From IMG/VR virus record IMGVR_UViG_3300028840_002336, positions 6,145 to 70,144 of that record: a stretch of 64,000 bases of DNA; one strand, 5' to 3'. This DNA is from a virus. This document shows, piece by piece, positions 9,864 through 19,249 of this stretch. Position 1 is the first letter of the stretch. Each line of letters opens with the position of its first letter. The position numbers and the translations under genes were made by a program. The notes under the pieces were generated by a model that saw only the letters and a program-made list of their open reading frames with translations, made no database searches and was not told the DNA's origin.

Positions 9864-12173
9864 CTACGCAGCGCTCTGGCGGATGGTGATCAGGTGGATG
9901 GTGATGGGGACGAAGTTAATCGGGACCGCGGGCGCGACCTGGACACTCATTTCGAGAGTGTCGACGATCAACTCGATGTTGAGCGCCTGGTGCGCGACCA
10001 TAGCCTCCTCGTCGATCAACAGCCCCAGCTTGTTGATCGCGGCCGACTTGCCGGCGTTCACCGTCCCGGCAAAGCCCTTTTTCCCGACGACGATCTGCAT
10101 CGCCTGGCGGAACTCATAGCTGATGAAATTCGAAGCCTCGTTGACTGAGGCCTCCGTGAACGCCACATTGGAAGACGACAGGTGCGTCGTGACGTTGCGA
10201 ACGACACGGCGGCCGACGCCGTCGACGGCCTCCATGAAGCAGCAGCCGCCGGCGATCATCTCTTCGGCGTCGTCGATGGGGTTCCACGTCGCGTGCTGCC
10301 GCAGCGCGAGCACGTTGGCGTACTTGCTCGTCAGCGACGTGCCGACGGACGAGCCCGCCTGCATCCCGGCGATGACCGCCGCATGGAACGGGGGCAGGAA
10401 CTCAGAGCGCTCACCCGCGCTGTCGAAGCGCTCGACCGCCTGACCGACGAGGCGCGCGTGCCGCGTGTTGAGGTCGACGACCTGCGCCTTGTATTCGTCC
10501 TTCGTCGGGACGTCGGTGAGACCGGCGTTGAGGGCGCCGGCGACGAAGTCGCGCTCGCTGCGCCCCAGGCCGCCCATGTACGCGCAGTGCGCGTCGCACA
10601 TCGCGTGGACCGCCGGGTCGCCGGTGAGCGGCACGACGGTGTTGACCCGCACCTGCTTGAGCAGATTGAGCGCGTCCTGCCAGTGCTGCGACGTGGTGGT
10701 GCCCTCGCCGCCGCCGGTCAGGAAGATGGGCGCGACCGTGTTGCTGGGCGCGCCGCCGCTGGCGCCGGTGGCCGCGGCCGCCGTGACGTACTGGCTGTTC
10801 TGGTTGATCCAGTCGATCACCGCCCAGAGGTCGGCGGTGAAGCCCGGGTCGGCCGGGTTGAGCACGCTCACCGCCGAGACCATGACGTCGAGATCGCTCA
10901 TGGCGAAGCTGGTGAGGCCGGTGGCCACCGTCAGCGTGAAGCCGTAGTCGCTCCCGCCGTAAGTCTCCTTCTTGGCGTTGAAGTAGTCGGCCGCCTTCTG
11001 GATCGTGGTCTGGGTGGTGCCGACGCTCTCTGCCGCCTCTGCGGAGAAGGTGAGCGTCCGCGCCGCCTCGACGTCGCCGAGCAGCATAACGGTGATGGCG
11101 GAGTAGTCGCCGACCGTCTGCACGCCGGTAGCGCCATTGAGCTGCACCCGCTCGCGCTGCACCGCGCCCGAAGCACTGAGCCCCTGAATGATCACGTCCT
11201 TGGTGGTCGCGCCGTCGGCGACGAAGTCGAGCTTGCCGGCGTTGACGAACATCGCCACGCCCTCGACGAGCCCCTGGGTCAGGGTCGCCGGCGCCAGGGC
11301 GCAGACCGCAGCGCCGCCGCCGTCCGCCTGGACGGTGACGGTGCCGACCGAGGCCGCGCTCTTGCGCGCACCCAGCACCTTGGTGAAGGTGCCGGAGAAG
11401 TCCACGGCCGTGAGCCCGGTCAGGGTCACCTTGCTGTAGAGCACGTTGCTGGACCCGTCGAGGCCCCAGACCTCGACCTCCTGGGTGGTGTCGCCGGCGT
11501 CGGAGCTGACCACCTCGAGCGCGGTGGCCGCGCCCGGCTGGGTCATGTCGGCGTCGAGGCCGCCCTCGTCGCGGGTGCCGTTGCACTCGACGCTGCCACC
11601 CGAGAGCACCTGGCCGGTCATCGCGTCCCAGCTCTTGGCGTGGGCCACGTAGGTCAGGTTGAAGATGTCGTCGCCGCCGATGTTGTCCTCGCTCTCGACG
11701 TCATCCTCGAAAGTGATCGTGATCAGCTTGCCCTGGGTGGTGCCGTCGGCGATGCTGATGTTGATCTGCGACGTGAACTCGCCGTAGTCGGCGCTGGTCA
11801 CGTCCATCGCGTCGCCCTGGGCGTTGGCGAAGCTCGCGGCCGACTGGGTCGCCGGGTTCACCTTCATGGCGATGACCTCGGCAGCGCCCGCGGGCACGTC
11901 GACGTCCTTGCCCGGCTCGAAGAGCATCCCGCCGACCTCGCGCAGGTCGCCCGAGCGGAAGGTCTTGCGCATCGCCTCCGGCTTGTAGAAGCGAAGGAGA
12001 TCCTTCACCTCCGTGATGGCCGACACCGGGCGCCCGCCCTCGGCGGTGCCCAGCACAGCGACGACGCCCGTTGCGCCCAGCGCGACCCCCTCGAGCCCAG
12101 AGGCATCGGTCTCGCTGTAGACTCCGGGGCGCCTGATGACTTTCCCGAGGAAGAAGATCGAAGATGCTGTCAT
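9864..12173 (-). CDS. Contractile tail sheath protein
   Basis: N-terminal RRPGVYSETDAS...VLGTAEGG.P, LTGGGEGTT..WQDALNLL, VVPLTGDPAVH and C-terminal VPINFVPITI; has a long central insertion. Confidence 0.9.
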   Translation of the reverse strand: MTASSIFFLGKVIRRPGVYSETDASGLEGVALGATGVVAVLGTAEGGRPVSAITEVKDLLRFYKPEAMRKTFRSGDLREVGGMLFEPGKDVDVPAGAAEVIAMKVNPATQSAASFANAQGDAMDVTSADYGEFTSQINISIADGTTQGKLITITFEDDVESEDNIGGDDIFNLTYVAHAKSWDAMTGQVLSGGSVECNGTRDEGGLDADMTQPGAATALEVVSSDAGDTTQEVEVWGLDGSSNVLYSKVTLTGLTAVDFSGTFTKVLGARKSAASVGTVTVQADGGGAAVCALAPATLTQGLVEGVAMFVNAGKLDFVADGATTKDVIIQGLSASGAVQRERVQLNGATGVQTVGDYSAITVMLLGDVEAARTLTFSAEAAESVGTTQTTIQKAADYFNAKKETYGGSDYGFTLTVATGLTSFAMSDLDVMVSAVSVLNPADPGFTADLWAVIDWINQNSQYVTAAAATGASGGAPSNTVAPIFLTGGGEGTTTSQHWQDALNLLKQVRVNTVVPLTGDPAVHAMCDAHCAYMGGLGRSERDFVAGALNAGLTDVPTKDEYKAQVVDLNTRHARLVGQAVERFDSAGERSEFLPPFHAAVIAGMQAGSSVGTSLTSKYANVLALRQHATWNPIDDAEEMIAGGCCFMEAVDGVGRRVVRNVTTHLSSSNVAFTEASVNEASNFISYEFRQAMQIVVGKKGFAGTVNAGKSAAINKLGLLIDEEAMVAHQALNIELIVDTLEMSVQVAPAVPINFVPITIHLITIRQSAA

Positions 12174-12188
12174 GGTTGCGGTCTCCTC

Positions 12189-12569
12189 TTAGACGGTCGG
12201 CCGATTGCGGAAGGCCTCGAGAGCCTCGCGCCACTCGGGGATCGTCATCCGTCCCAGGTTGTTCTTGATGGCGTACCGAACGAAGCCGGCCAGCTGGTCG
12301 GGCTTGATGCCCGAGCTGATCGCCCAGACCCGAAGGTCGACACGCGGGAGCACGCGCTCGGGCGAAGGCGCCGGCGCGGGCGGTGGAGCTGACTTGGGCT
12401 CTGGAGGGGGAGGCAGAGTCTCGTCCGGCGGGGGCGGGAAGTCGTCGTCGCCAAAGCTGGCGCGGAAGCTCTTGCCGCCCTCCGGAGTTTCCAGCCTATC
12501 GTCGGCTGGTGTGGTCGACTCTCCGGCCTTCTTCTCGGCCGGCTTGCTGCGAGATCGCCTTGTCGCCAT
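12189..12569 (-). CDS. Hypothetical Pro-rich protein
   Basis: Fits the operon spacing between the tail-completion and sheath genes. Confidence 0.6.
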   Translation of the reverse strand: MATRRSRSKPAEKKAGESTTPADDRLETPEGGKSFRASFGDDDFPPPPDETLPPPPEPKSAPPPAPAPSPERVLPRVDLRVWAISSGIKPDQLAGFVRYAIKNNLGRMTIPEWREALEAFRNRPTV

Positions 12570-12572
12570 GCG

Positions 12573-13247
12573 CTACCCCTCGTCGTCACCCAGTGTGTAC
12601 GGGGTCACCAATGTCTGGACTCCGCCAACATCGCTCGGACTGCCGCTGCTGTCAATGTGAATGCCCGAGACCTTGAAGGCCTTGCCCAGGCGGCTGTCGT
12701 GGTCGATGCGGCAGAACTCGGAGCCCGCTTTCACCGTGATTTGACGAAGGAAAAGGTGCTCGGGCAAGTAGCGCGGGTCGGGCGCCAGGTCCCCGCCGGA
12801 ATAGGTCACCTGGGTGATTCCAGCCTCTTCGTGGTTGACGAAGTAGCGCCTGGCCAGGAGCAGCACATACTTCGCGTAGTCGTACATGTACGTCGTCACG
12901 TCGGGGTGCTCGCTGTAGCAGAGCACCTGATACGTGTGGCCCCAGATCGACTCGTAGACGTCTGCGCCCAGGTCTTCGCCCTCGTCGACCATGTCGGCGT
13001 CGTCGCCCAGCATCAGCTCGTCCTCGCTCTCGTCGGCGATGACGACGGCGAAGAGGGGGAAGTCGCTATCGCGGCGCGCGTAGCCGTGGATGACCTCTAC
13101 CGGCGTCGAGAACAGCTCCCTGATGGCCGTCACCTCCGCGGCGCCGTACAGGAGCTGCTCGGAGAACAGCTCGTCGAGAATGGCTGGATCGTCGACCGCA
13201 GCCTGCATTCCAGACTTTAGAGACGCGTAGATCAAACGCTGCAACAT
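12573..13247 (-). CDS. Putative tail terminator / tail completion protein
   Basis: Position upstream of the sheath; acidic beta-rich 224-aa protein (VIHGYARRDSDFPLFAVVIADESE). Confidence 0.55.
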   Translation of the reverse strand: MLQRLIYASLKSGMQAAVDDPAILDELFSEQLLYGAAEVTAIRELFSTPVEVIHGYARRDSDFPLFAVVIADESEDELMLGDDADMVDEGEDLGADVYESIWGHTYQVLCYSEHPDVTTYMYDYAKYVLLLARRYFVNHEEAGITQVTYSGGDLAPDPRYLPEHLFLRQITVKAGSEFCRIDHDSRLGKAFKVSGIHIDSSGSPSDVGGVQTLVTPYTLGDDEG

Positions 13248-13250
13248 CGG

Positions 13251-14099
13251 TCACTCCCTCTCGACGTAGCTCTGGAGAGCCATGCCGACCAACCGCTGCA
13301 TGTGTCCAGACACTTCCTTGGCCAGGTGCCGGCCGTCCGTCGGACGCCGTATCCATTTGTCGTCGACGGCCGTGGAGATAGTCCGGAAAGTCGTGTACTG
13401 CGAGCCGTAGGCCTTCTTGTACTGCTTCCCACCCCGCAGCATGTCGGCGTAGATATCGGTGGTGTGGGGCGCCACAGTGACCGCCCGGCCGGCGCGATCT
13501 TGGATGGTCTCGTGCCCAGCTCGGAGCAACGGGGCGAAACCGCTTTCCAGCCTTTCCCCGGGCTCACCGAGATCGAAGTCCCTGGGCACTAGCCTCTTCG
13601 CCCTGGCGTGCACTGCCTTGCCGATCTCCGCGGCCGCGTCGCTGCCGTAACGGCGCCCGTAGGCCTCTCCCATGCGTGTGGCGATGGTGCCAGCCGACCC
13701 GGGGGTCTGGTGCCGGAAGGGGATCGAGCGGTAGAGGTGCTGGCCGTCGGCGGTCCTGTGCTTGCCCGACTGGCCGCGCGGCACTTCGGGCACACCAGGC
13801 CCCAGGAGCGTGTCGTGCATCCGGGTGAGGTCCCGGCCGTTCTCGAGGACGTCGGCGAGCTGGCCGACGAGAGAGAGCGTGCCCACGCTGTTGCGCACCG
13901 ACGGCTTCTGTATGCTCGAGATGTAGTCGAGCGCGGTAGTGCGGAAGGACTGGCCGGCGAGCTGTATCCACTTCGCTCGAGCGCCCTCGAGCGCGTCGAG
14001 GATGATCCCGTCGAGAATGCGCTGTGCAGCGCCCACGCTGATGACGGAAAGCAGCTCGGGCGGCACCAGCTCTTCGAGCTTGGTGATGACGACGGTCAC
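13251..14099 (-). CDS. Putative neck/tail-completion protein
   Basis: GTG 14099 overlaps the upstream stop (GTGA). Motifs YRSIPFRH and QYTTFRTIS...W resemble SPO1/Twort-like neck-region proteins. Confidence 0.55.
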   Translation of the reverse strand: MTVVITKLEELVPPELLSVISVGAAQRILDGIILDALEGARAKWIQLAGQSFRTTALDYISSIQKPSVRNSVGTLSLVGQLADVLENGRDLTRMHDTLLGPGVPEVPRGQSGKHRTADGQHLYRSIPFRHQTPGSAGTIATRMGEAYGRRYGSDAAAEIGKAVHARAKRLVPRDFDLGEPGERLESGFAPLLRAGHETIQDRAGRAVTVAPHTTDIYADMLRGGKQYKKAYGSQYTTFRTISTAVDDKWIRRPTDGRHLAKEVSGHMQRLVGMALQSYVERE

Positions 14100-14905
14100 A
14101 GCAGGAAGTCGAGACTCAGGCTCGCGTGGATGGGCAGAGCCACGATGTTGCCCCGCGGTGTCTGAGGGTTCGCGACCTTCTTCTTCACGTAGGTGGTGCG
14201 CGACACGTGCGGGTGGTTGACGACGAGATAGCGGGGATGGAACAGGTAGTGCACGACGAGCCGCGTGCCGGCCGCCGGCGAGCGCCCTTCCCGCCACTTG
14301 AGCAGCCCGGCGTCGAGGTAGTAGTCCGCGTCGGGCTGATAGATGGTGTCGACGGAGCGCACGAGGTTCACGCCCGTCATGCGGTAGCGCGCGCGTATCT
14401 CCGCCTGGGCCTCGAGCTGCTCGGCGAAGACAAGCTCGCTGTCGAGGTCGATCAGCTGGTCGTAGTAGCCGAGCTTGTTCTGCGGCCGCACCGTGCAATT
14501 CATCTTGCCGTCGACCCAGCGCCCCACCTGGGTGACCGGGTCCTCACTCGCTTCGATGCCGGTGACGACGCCGCGGATGACGACGGAGTCATCGTCGGCG
14601 ATGATCGCCTTCTGCGTGTCCGTCAGCTCGCCGACCTCGGTGGCGTCGTAGGTGCCTGGGCCGAAGTAGAGGTACCCGACGCCACGGCACAGCTCGCAGT
14701 TGGGATCCCACTGCTGCGTCTGGTTGTTCACGGGCTCGCAGGGGCACTGGCTGGCGCGTGCCCAGGCCAGGCGGTAGCCCTTCTGCTCGATCGCGACCTC
14801 GAACTTCTCGGGCTTGAAGTCGACGCGCGGGCGGTCCTTTTGGCCGGTTGGCAGGCCGATGGTGCCCCACTCGGGACGAATGTCTGGAATTTCGGTAACC
14901 GCCAT
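14096..14905 (-). CDS. Head completion / head-tail connector with Cys cluster
   Basis: WARASQCPC...DPNCELCRGVGYLY, a motif typical of Twort-like neck proteins. Confidence 0.65.
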   Translation of the reverse strand: MAVTEIPDIRPEWGTIGLPTGQKDRPRVDFKPEKFEVAIEQKGYRLAWARASQCPCEPVNNQTQQWDPNCELCRGVGYLYFGPGTYDATEVGELTDTQKAIIADDDSVVIRGVVTGIEASEDPVTQVGRWVDGKMNCTVRPQNKLGYYDQLIDLDSELVFAEQLEAQAEIRARYRMTGVNLVRSVDTIYQPDADYYLDAGLLKWREGRSPAAGTRLVVHYLFHPRYLVVNHPHVSRTTYVKKKVANPQTPRGNIVALPIHASLSLDFLL

Positions 14906-14907
14906 AA

Positions 14908-15930
14908 TTACGCCACCCTAAGTCGCAATCCTTTGTAGTATCGTAGAAGAGTTGGCACTATCTCCTTGATTTCCTTACTGTATTGCAAAAGTCTTGCGCC
15001 GTACCCTGCATTGGTGGCGCTGGAAGTGCTTGAAATGCTTTGGGAAAGTCCGTCAATGCTCAACGAGGTCGTCGCGATGCCAGCGCCCACGACGAGGTCC
15101 CCAGCGATGTTCAAGGGGCCGAAGCACGCGACCTTCGCGACCAAATCCTTGATGACCGCGGGCACCTCCCCACTGGGGAAGCCGGCCGTGTACTTGATGC
15201 GGAAGACGTTGGGGATCATCTTGCGCGTGCCGTAAATGAACGGCAGGTAGGCGCCGCTGGTGCCGAGCAGAATCAGATTGGCCGTGCCGGTCCCAGGCAC
15301 GAGCTGGAGCTGGCCGCTCTCCTTCTGGAGCTGGAACCACTCCTGGTCGAACTCGGTGATCAGCTGCTCGCCGGGCATCACCATCTTCACCGTCTCGACA
15401 TTGATGACCGGGAACACGTCCAGCTCGAGCCAGACGAAATTCTCGTAATCGTCGCGGATGAAGTCGTGCCGCTCGTCGGGGATCGTGCGCGGGATGATCG
15501 GGATGTCGAGCTTGTGCTCGACGGCGCTGACGGCCGAACGGATGAAGTGCTCGTACAGCTCCGTCGGATACTCCGTCCCCTCGTCGTCGGTGAGGTCGAG
15601 GCCGAAGAGGTAAAAGCTCTTCAACTCGTCGACGGAGATGACGTCGAGCGCGGGGTCCCCCTCGCCCTCCTGGGGGTCGGACAACGACGACTCGAGGGCG
15701 GAGGTCGAGTTGTAGAAGCTCGACTTGTAGTAGTAGCCCTCGTCGCCAGCGGTGTCCGTGTAGCTGTAGACGGTGACGCCGTCCTCGAGCGCAATGCGCG
15801 TGCCCACACCGGTGATCTCGGTGTAGACGCCGTCGATGCCGGTGGTGCTTCGGTAGATCTTGATGAAGTCGAAGTAGCTCCGCACCGTGTCGATGTCGGG
15901 CACCATCACGCTGAGCTTGATCACTGCCAT
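14908..15930 (-). CDS. Head-tail adaptor (neck) protein with extra N-terminal beta domain
   Basis: VEHKLDIPIIP, GQLQLVP, IKYTAGF and GAGIATTSLSIDGLSQSISSTSSATNAGYGA are Twort-like adaptor motifs. Confidence 0.7.
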   Translation of the reverse strand: MAVIKLSVMVPDIDTVRSYFDFIKIYRSTTGIDGVYTEITGVGTRIALEDGVTVYSYTDTAGDEGYYYKSSFYNSTSALESSLSDPQEGEGDPALDVISVDELKSFYLFGLDLTDDEGTEYPTELYEHFIRSAVSAVEHKLDIPIIPRTIPDERHDFIRDDYENFVWLELDVFPVINVETVKMVMPGEQLITEFDQEWFQLQKESGQLQLVPGTGTANLILLGTSGAYLPFIYGTRKMIPNVFRIKYTAGFPSGEVPAVIKDLVAKVACFGPLNIAGDLVVGAGIATTSLSIDGLSQSISSTSSATNAGYGARLLQYSKEIKEIVPTLLRYYKGLRLRVA

Positions 15931-15932
15931 CG

Positions 15933-16373
15933 CTAGTCTCTCCCGGTCAGCACCGGCTTGATGTCCGAGGCTACGAGCTGGGGTTCATCATGGCTGGAAA
16001 AGGTGCTCGGTTGCAAGGGCACAGCCGAGAGCGAGGGCACGCGCTCTCCGCGCGCGTAGGTGTCCGGGCTGAGCTTGTGCACCTTCATCGGCCCAGGCAC
16101 GCCCCCGGGCGCGCCACCGCCCCGCACGCCGGCAGCGTCGGTCTGGTATTCGATCTCCAGGGAGTCGCCGACGAGCAACGCCTCCTTCATCACGACAGTG
16201 CGCGGGGGGATGACGTCGAAGCCGTCGTCGAGGTCGGCCACCTTGAGGCGGCCATTCACGTAGGCATTGACCGTGGTCTCGTCGAAGTCGTACGAGACGA
16301 TGTAGGCCTGGTTGACGTTGTCGATGGCGCCCGTCAGGGTGTCGCCGGCCGTCTCTGTGATCAGGACGATCAT
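15933..16373 (-). CDS. Small structural protein (paralog of 16370..16612)
   Basis: Shares TLT...D.V....VNGR.K.A..DDG.....TV..KEA.L.GD with its neighbour. Confidence 0.6.
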   Translation of the reverse strand: MIVLITETAGDTLTGAIDNVNQAYIVSYDFDETTVNAYVNGRLKVADLDDGFDVIPPRTVVMKEALLVGDSLEIEYQTDAAGVRGGGAPGGVPGPMKVHKLSPDTYARGERVPSLSAVPLQPSTFSSHDEPQLVASDIKPVLTGRD

Positions 16374-16612
16374 GCGCGCCCCGCTTGCCCCTGGACCGTG
16401 TCACCGGAGAGAGGCGCTTCCTTGAGCCGAACGGTACTGCCGCCCAGCTCGGTCCAACCGTCATCCCAGGCCGCGATCTTGCGCCGGCCGTTGATCCAGA
16501 TCGACGTCGAGCCCGGAACGTAGACGAAGCCGAAGTCGAAGTCGGTGGTGACGCCGTCCGGGGCGGGCGTCAGGGTCTGTTTCTCAGGGTCGCGGGTGAT
16601 GTGGACGGCCAT
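16370..16612 (-). CDS. Small structural protein (paralog of 15933..16373)
   Basis: TLTPAPDGVTTDF...WINGRRKIAAWDDG...TVRLKEAPLSGD. Confidence 0.6.
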   Translation of the reverse strand: MAVHITRDPEKQTLTPAPDGVTTDFDFGFVYVPGSTSIWINGRRKIAAWDDGWTELGGSTVRLKEAPLSGDTVQGQAGRA

Positions 16613-16615
16613 CGC

Positions 16616-16984
16616 TCACTGGGCAGGTACCGGCGGCGGAGGCGGCGCTGGCTTGGGCACTGGGCGCATGGTCGGCCTGGGCTCGGGCTCCACCCGGAAC
16701 CGCTCGAGCAGCTTCTCGATGTTCTTGCTGTCGGTCTGCTGCTGCACCGCCATGTTCTCGGTGCGAGTGCCGAGGCGTTGGATCTCTTGAGTCTGGTACT
16801 GGTTCTGCTGTTCGGCGATGACGATGCGCGTCTCGAGCTTGTGGGCGTTGCCCTCACAGTCGCTCTTCGAGGCGTAGACCTTCATCGACAGCGCGCCCCC
16901 AGCTCCGAGCACCGCTAGCACCAGGCCAGCGATAGCGATCCAGTTACCCGCGGAGAGAGCCTGTTTTCCAGCCATATGAAACAT
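16616..16984 (-). CDS. Membrane protein with N-terminal TM and coiled coil (lysis/spanin-like candidate)
   Basis: Hydrophobic WIAIAGLVLAVLGAGGAL followed by a Gln-rich coiled coil and a Pro-rich tail. Confidence 0.5.
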   Translation of the reverse strand: MFHMAGKQALSAGNWIAIAGLVLAVLGAGGALSMKVYASKSDCEGNAHKLETRIVIAEQQNQYQTQEIQRLGTRTENMAVQQQTDSKNIEKLLERFRVEPEPRPTMRPVPKPAPPPPPVPAQ

Positions 16985-16988
16985 CCTC

Positions 16989-17831
16989 CTACCTCAAGTA
17001 TAGCCCTGCAAGCCTACCGTCGTCGAGTGAGGTCATGGCGCTCTGGTAGCCGACCATGTACAGCCTTTCGACCGTTTCCTCGTCGAGCCCAATGAAATTC
17101 AGCGAGTGCCACGGCACGTTGACCACGAGCGTCTGCGCCCAGGGGGCATCTTCCACGTGCTCGCGCTCGAGCCCCATACGCATCGTGCGCAGACACGCGA
17201 GCGCCAGCTCGAGGTCATTGTCCGGATAGTCTGGAAATTCCTGTACCTCGTCATCACGGCCGCGGAGCTGCACGCCCACGGCCGGGCCATCTAGCACGTC
17301 GACCGGGTAGTTGTTCAACAGGCCGCCGTCGGTGAGCGCGCGCCCCTCCCACGGCCGCAGCGCAAAGAGACCCGGCATCGACGAGCTGGTACACGCCGCC
17401 CAGGCCACGCTCACCGTTGGCGTGCGGCCTGGGTCGAAGATGATCAGCTCGTTGTGCGCGAGGTCCGTCGCCGTCACGTAGAGCGGGATCTTCGTGTTGC
17501 AGAACTGCTTGGGCACATGGCGCTCCAGGCAGCGCTCGATCCCGTCGAGGGTGAACTTGCCCAGGCGCTTGTGCTTGCGGCGCAGGAGCTTGTCCCAGAA
17601 CCCGGCCCAGTTGGGCCGGATGTGCTTCATCGGCAGCACGCGCTGGAGCAGCGGCAGACCTTCTCGCGGCTTCTGCCCTGACGACAGAAAGGCGCCGACC
17701 AGCGCGCCACCCGACGTCGCCACGATGGCCTCGGGGAGCTTGTCGCGGAAGACGGTCTCGTAGAGCGCCTGGCAGGCGCCCAAGTGAGCTGGGTAGAGCG
17801 CGGCCGAACCGCTGAGCACGAGGTTACACAC
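16989..17831 (-). CDS. Patatin-like phospholipase
   Basis: LVLSGSAALYPAHLG (oxyanion region variant), ATSGG nucleophile elbow, LYVTATDL, SSSMPGLF and DGGLLNNYP catalytic Asp motif. Confidence 0.85.
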   Translation of the reverse strand: MCNLVLSGSAALYPAHLGACQALYETVFRDKLPEAIVATSGGALVGAFLSSGQKPREGLPLLQRVLPMKHIRPNWAGFWDKLLRRKHKRLGKFTLDGIERCLERHVPKQFCNTKIPLYVTATDLAHNELIIFDPGRTPTVSVAWAACTSSSMPGLFALRPWEGRALTDGGLLNNYPVDVLDGPAVGVQLRGRDDEVQEFPDYPDNDLELALACLRTMRMGLEREHVEDAPWAQTLVVNVPWHSLNFIGLDEETVERLYMVGYQSAMTSLDDGRLAGLYLR

Positions 17832-17841
17832 GCCCCCTCCG

Positions 17842-18186
17842 TCAGTCCGGATTGCGCCTACGGTCGATAACGCGTTCGAGGCGCTTGACCGTCTCGATCA
17901 AGCCGCTGACCTTCGCCGTGTTGTCGACCTGGGCACGCTGTATGTCGCGCTGGTTGCTCACGAGAGAGCGCGGGACGTACCACAGCGGCGTGCCATCGGC
18001 GTCACACCGCTGGTGCTGTTTCCAGAGATCCTCTAACCACCCGCGCTCTTCGTTGGACAGCGCAACGATGACCTTGCCCGTCGAGGCCTTGCCGTTGGCG
18101 CGCTTCGACAGCAGCCACTTGATGGCTTCCACCAGCGCCATGATCACTGCGACCAGGGCAACGGTTATGGTGGTCTCTGACTCCAC
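17842..18186 (-). CDS. Holin-like single-TM protein
   Basis: N-terminal TM (ITVALVAVIMALVEAIKWLL) and C-terminal coiled coil. Confidence 0.45.
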   Translation of the reverse strand: MESETTITVALVAVIMALVEAIKWLLSKRANGKASTGKVIVALSNEERGWLEDLWKQHQRCDADGTPLWYVPRSLVSNQRDIQRAQVDNTAKVSGLIETVKRLERVIDRRRNPD

Positions 18187-18192
18187 GCACTC

Positions 18193-18582
18193 TTACTCGA
18201 TCGTGCCGGCGTAGAAGCCCTTGTCCTCGAGCCACTCGTACAGCGCGCGCTTGACGGCGTAGTAGGTCTTCTCGACCCACACCGCGCCCGCGGCCGCGTA
18301 CCGGAGCGAGTCCTCGGGATCGGAGGTCTCCACGTTCGGGGCGCTGTTGGAGACGACGGTATCGTAGGCCAAGTCGCCTTCGACATTCTGCACGGTGTGC
18401 AGCTGACGCTTGGCGATAGTCGACTCCACGAACTCGCCCTCGCTCATGTACCCCCTGGCGACGACGACGCGGATGGTCTTCGCCTCGGAGTTGTGGTCCG
18501 TGCTCACGATCTTCACGTGCGTGTACGACTTGCCGGGATCGAGATCACCCGGATCGAATGCGACTGACAGATTGAGCGGCAT
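18193..18582 (-). CDS. Hypothetical protein
   Basis: ATG 18582 preceded by an AAGGAG RBS. Confidence 0.6.
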   Translation of the reverse strand: MPLNLSVAFDPGDLDPGKSYTHVKIVSTDHNSEAKTIRVVVARGYMSEGEFVESTIAKRQLHTVQNVEGDLAYDTVVSNSAPNVETSDPEDSLRYAAAGAVWVEKTYYAVKRALYEWLEDKGFYAGTIE

Positions 18583-18645
18583 TGTCTTCTCCTTTGGTTG
18601 GTCCCCTGTTGCTCCCCAGCCATAACACGGGCCGCCCACCTAGCG

Positions 18646-19248
18646 CTAGGTTGAGGGCTCCATGTAAGTCCTTATCCATGCCACGAGGTTGATTTCTCCG
18701 GTAGTCCCGACCGCGTGATAGATCACGCGGAACCGGAGCCCGGCCGGAACCTTCGTTGTCTCCTCGGAAACGAACGGGCCGAGCTTTCCGTCGTCGGCGA
18801 GAAAGAGGTCGTCGCTGAATTGGCCCACGACGACCCAGCCGCCCTGTCCGTCCGGAGCCACGACATAGAACATGATGTGGTCGCCGCCCTCGCCAGGCGT
18901 GAAGTCGCCCCACACCTTTCCCTCTGCGCCGTTGAGGTAGCGAGTCTCGGCGAGCGGCACGTCGATGATCACCGGGTCGGCTTGCGGCAGCGTGATCTTC
19001 TTCGCCAGTCCAAGCGGGCGCAGCGGCGAGCCGACAGCTGCGGGGTTGAGCGCGACGACGGGCGTGCCGTCCCCCTTGACCGGAGTAGCCGCGCCGGCCG
19101 TCTCGACGACGGTGATCTTGTTCGCGTCGATGGTGTGAGTCGGATCGTTCGGGCACGCAGTCGGTGCACCTTCGACGTCGTCACGCCAGACGTACTTGTA
19201 GGCTCCTTCCGTCGAGCACCACACCCTGTACTTGCTGACTGCCGTCAT
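18646..19248 (-). CDS. Hypothetical virion-associated protein
   Basis: N-terminal YRVWC.TEG...W....PT.CPNDPTHTI motif; in operon. Confidence 0.6.
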   Translation of the reverse strand: MTAVSKYRVWCSTEGAYKYVWRDDVEGAPTACPNDPTHTIDANKITVVETAGAATPVKGDGTPVVALNPAAVGSPLRPLGLAKKITLPQADPVIIDVPLAETRYLNGAEGKVWGDFTPGEGGDHIMFYVVAPDGQGGWVVVGQFSDDLFLADDGKLGPFVSEETTKVPAGLRFRVIYHAVGTTGEINLVAWIRTYMEPST

Positions 19249-19249
19249 C

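Noticed and set aside
13251-14498. 415-aa version of the neck gene
   Set aside because: The N-terminal 133 aa overlap the upstream gene and are low-complexity; the GTGA-coupled start at 14099 is more plausible.
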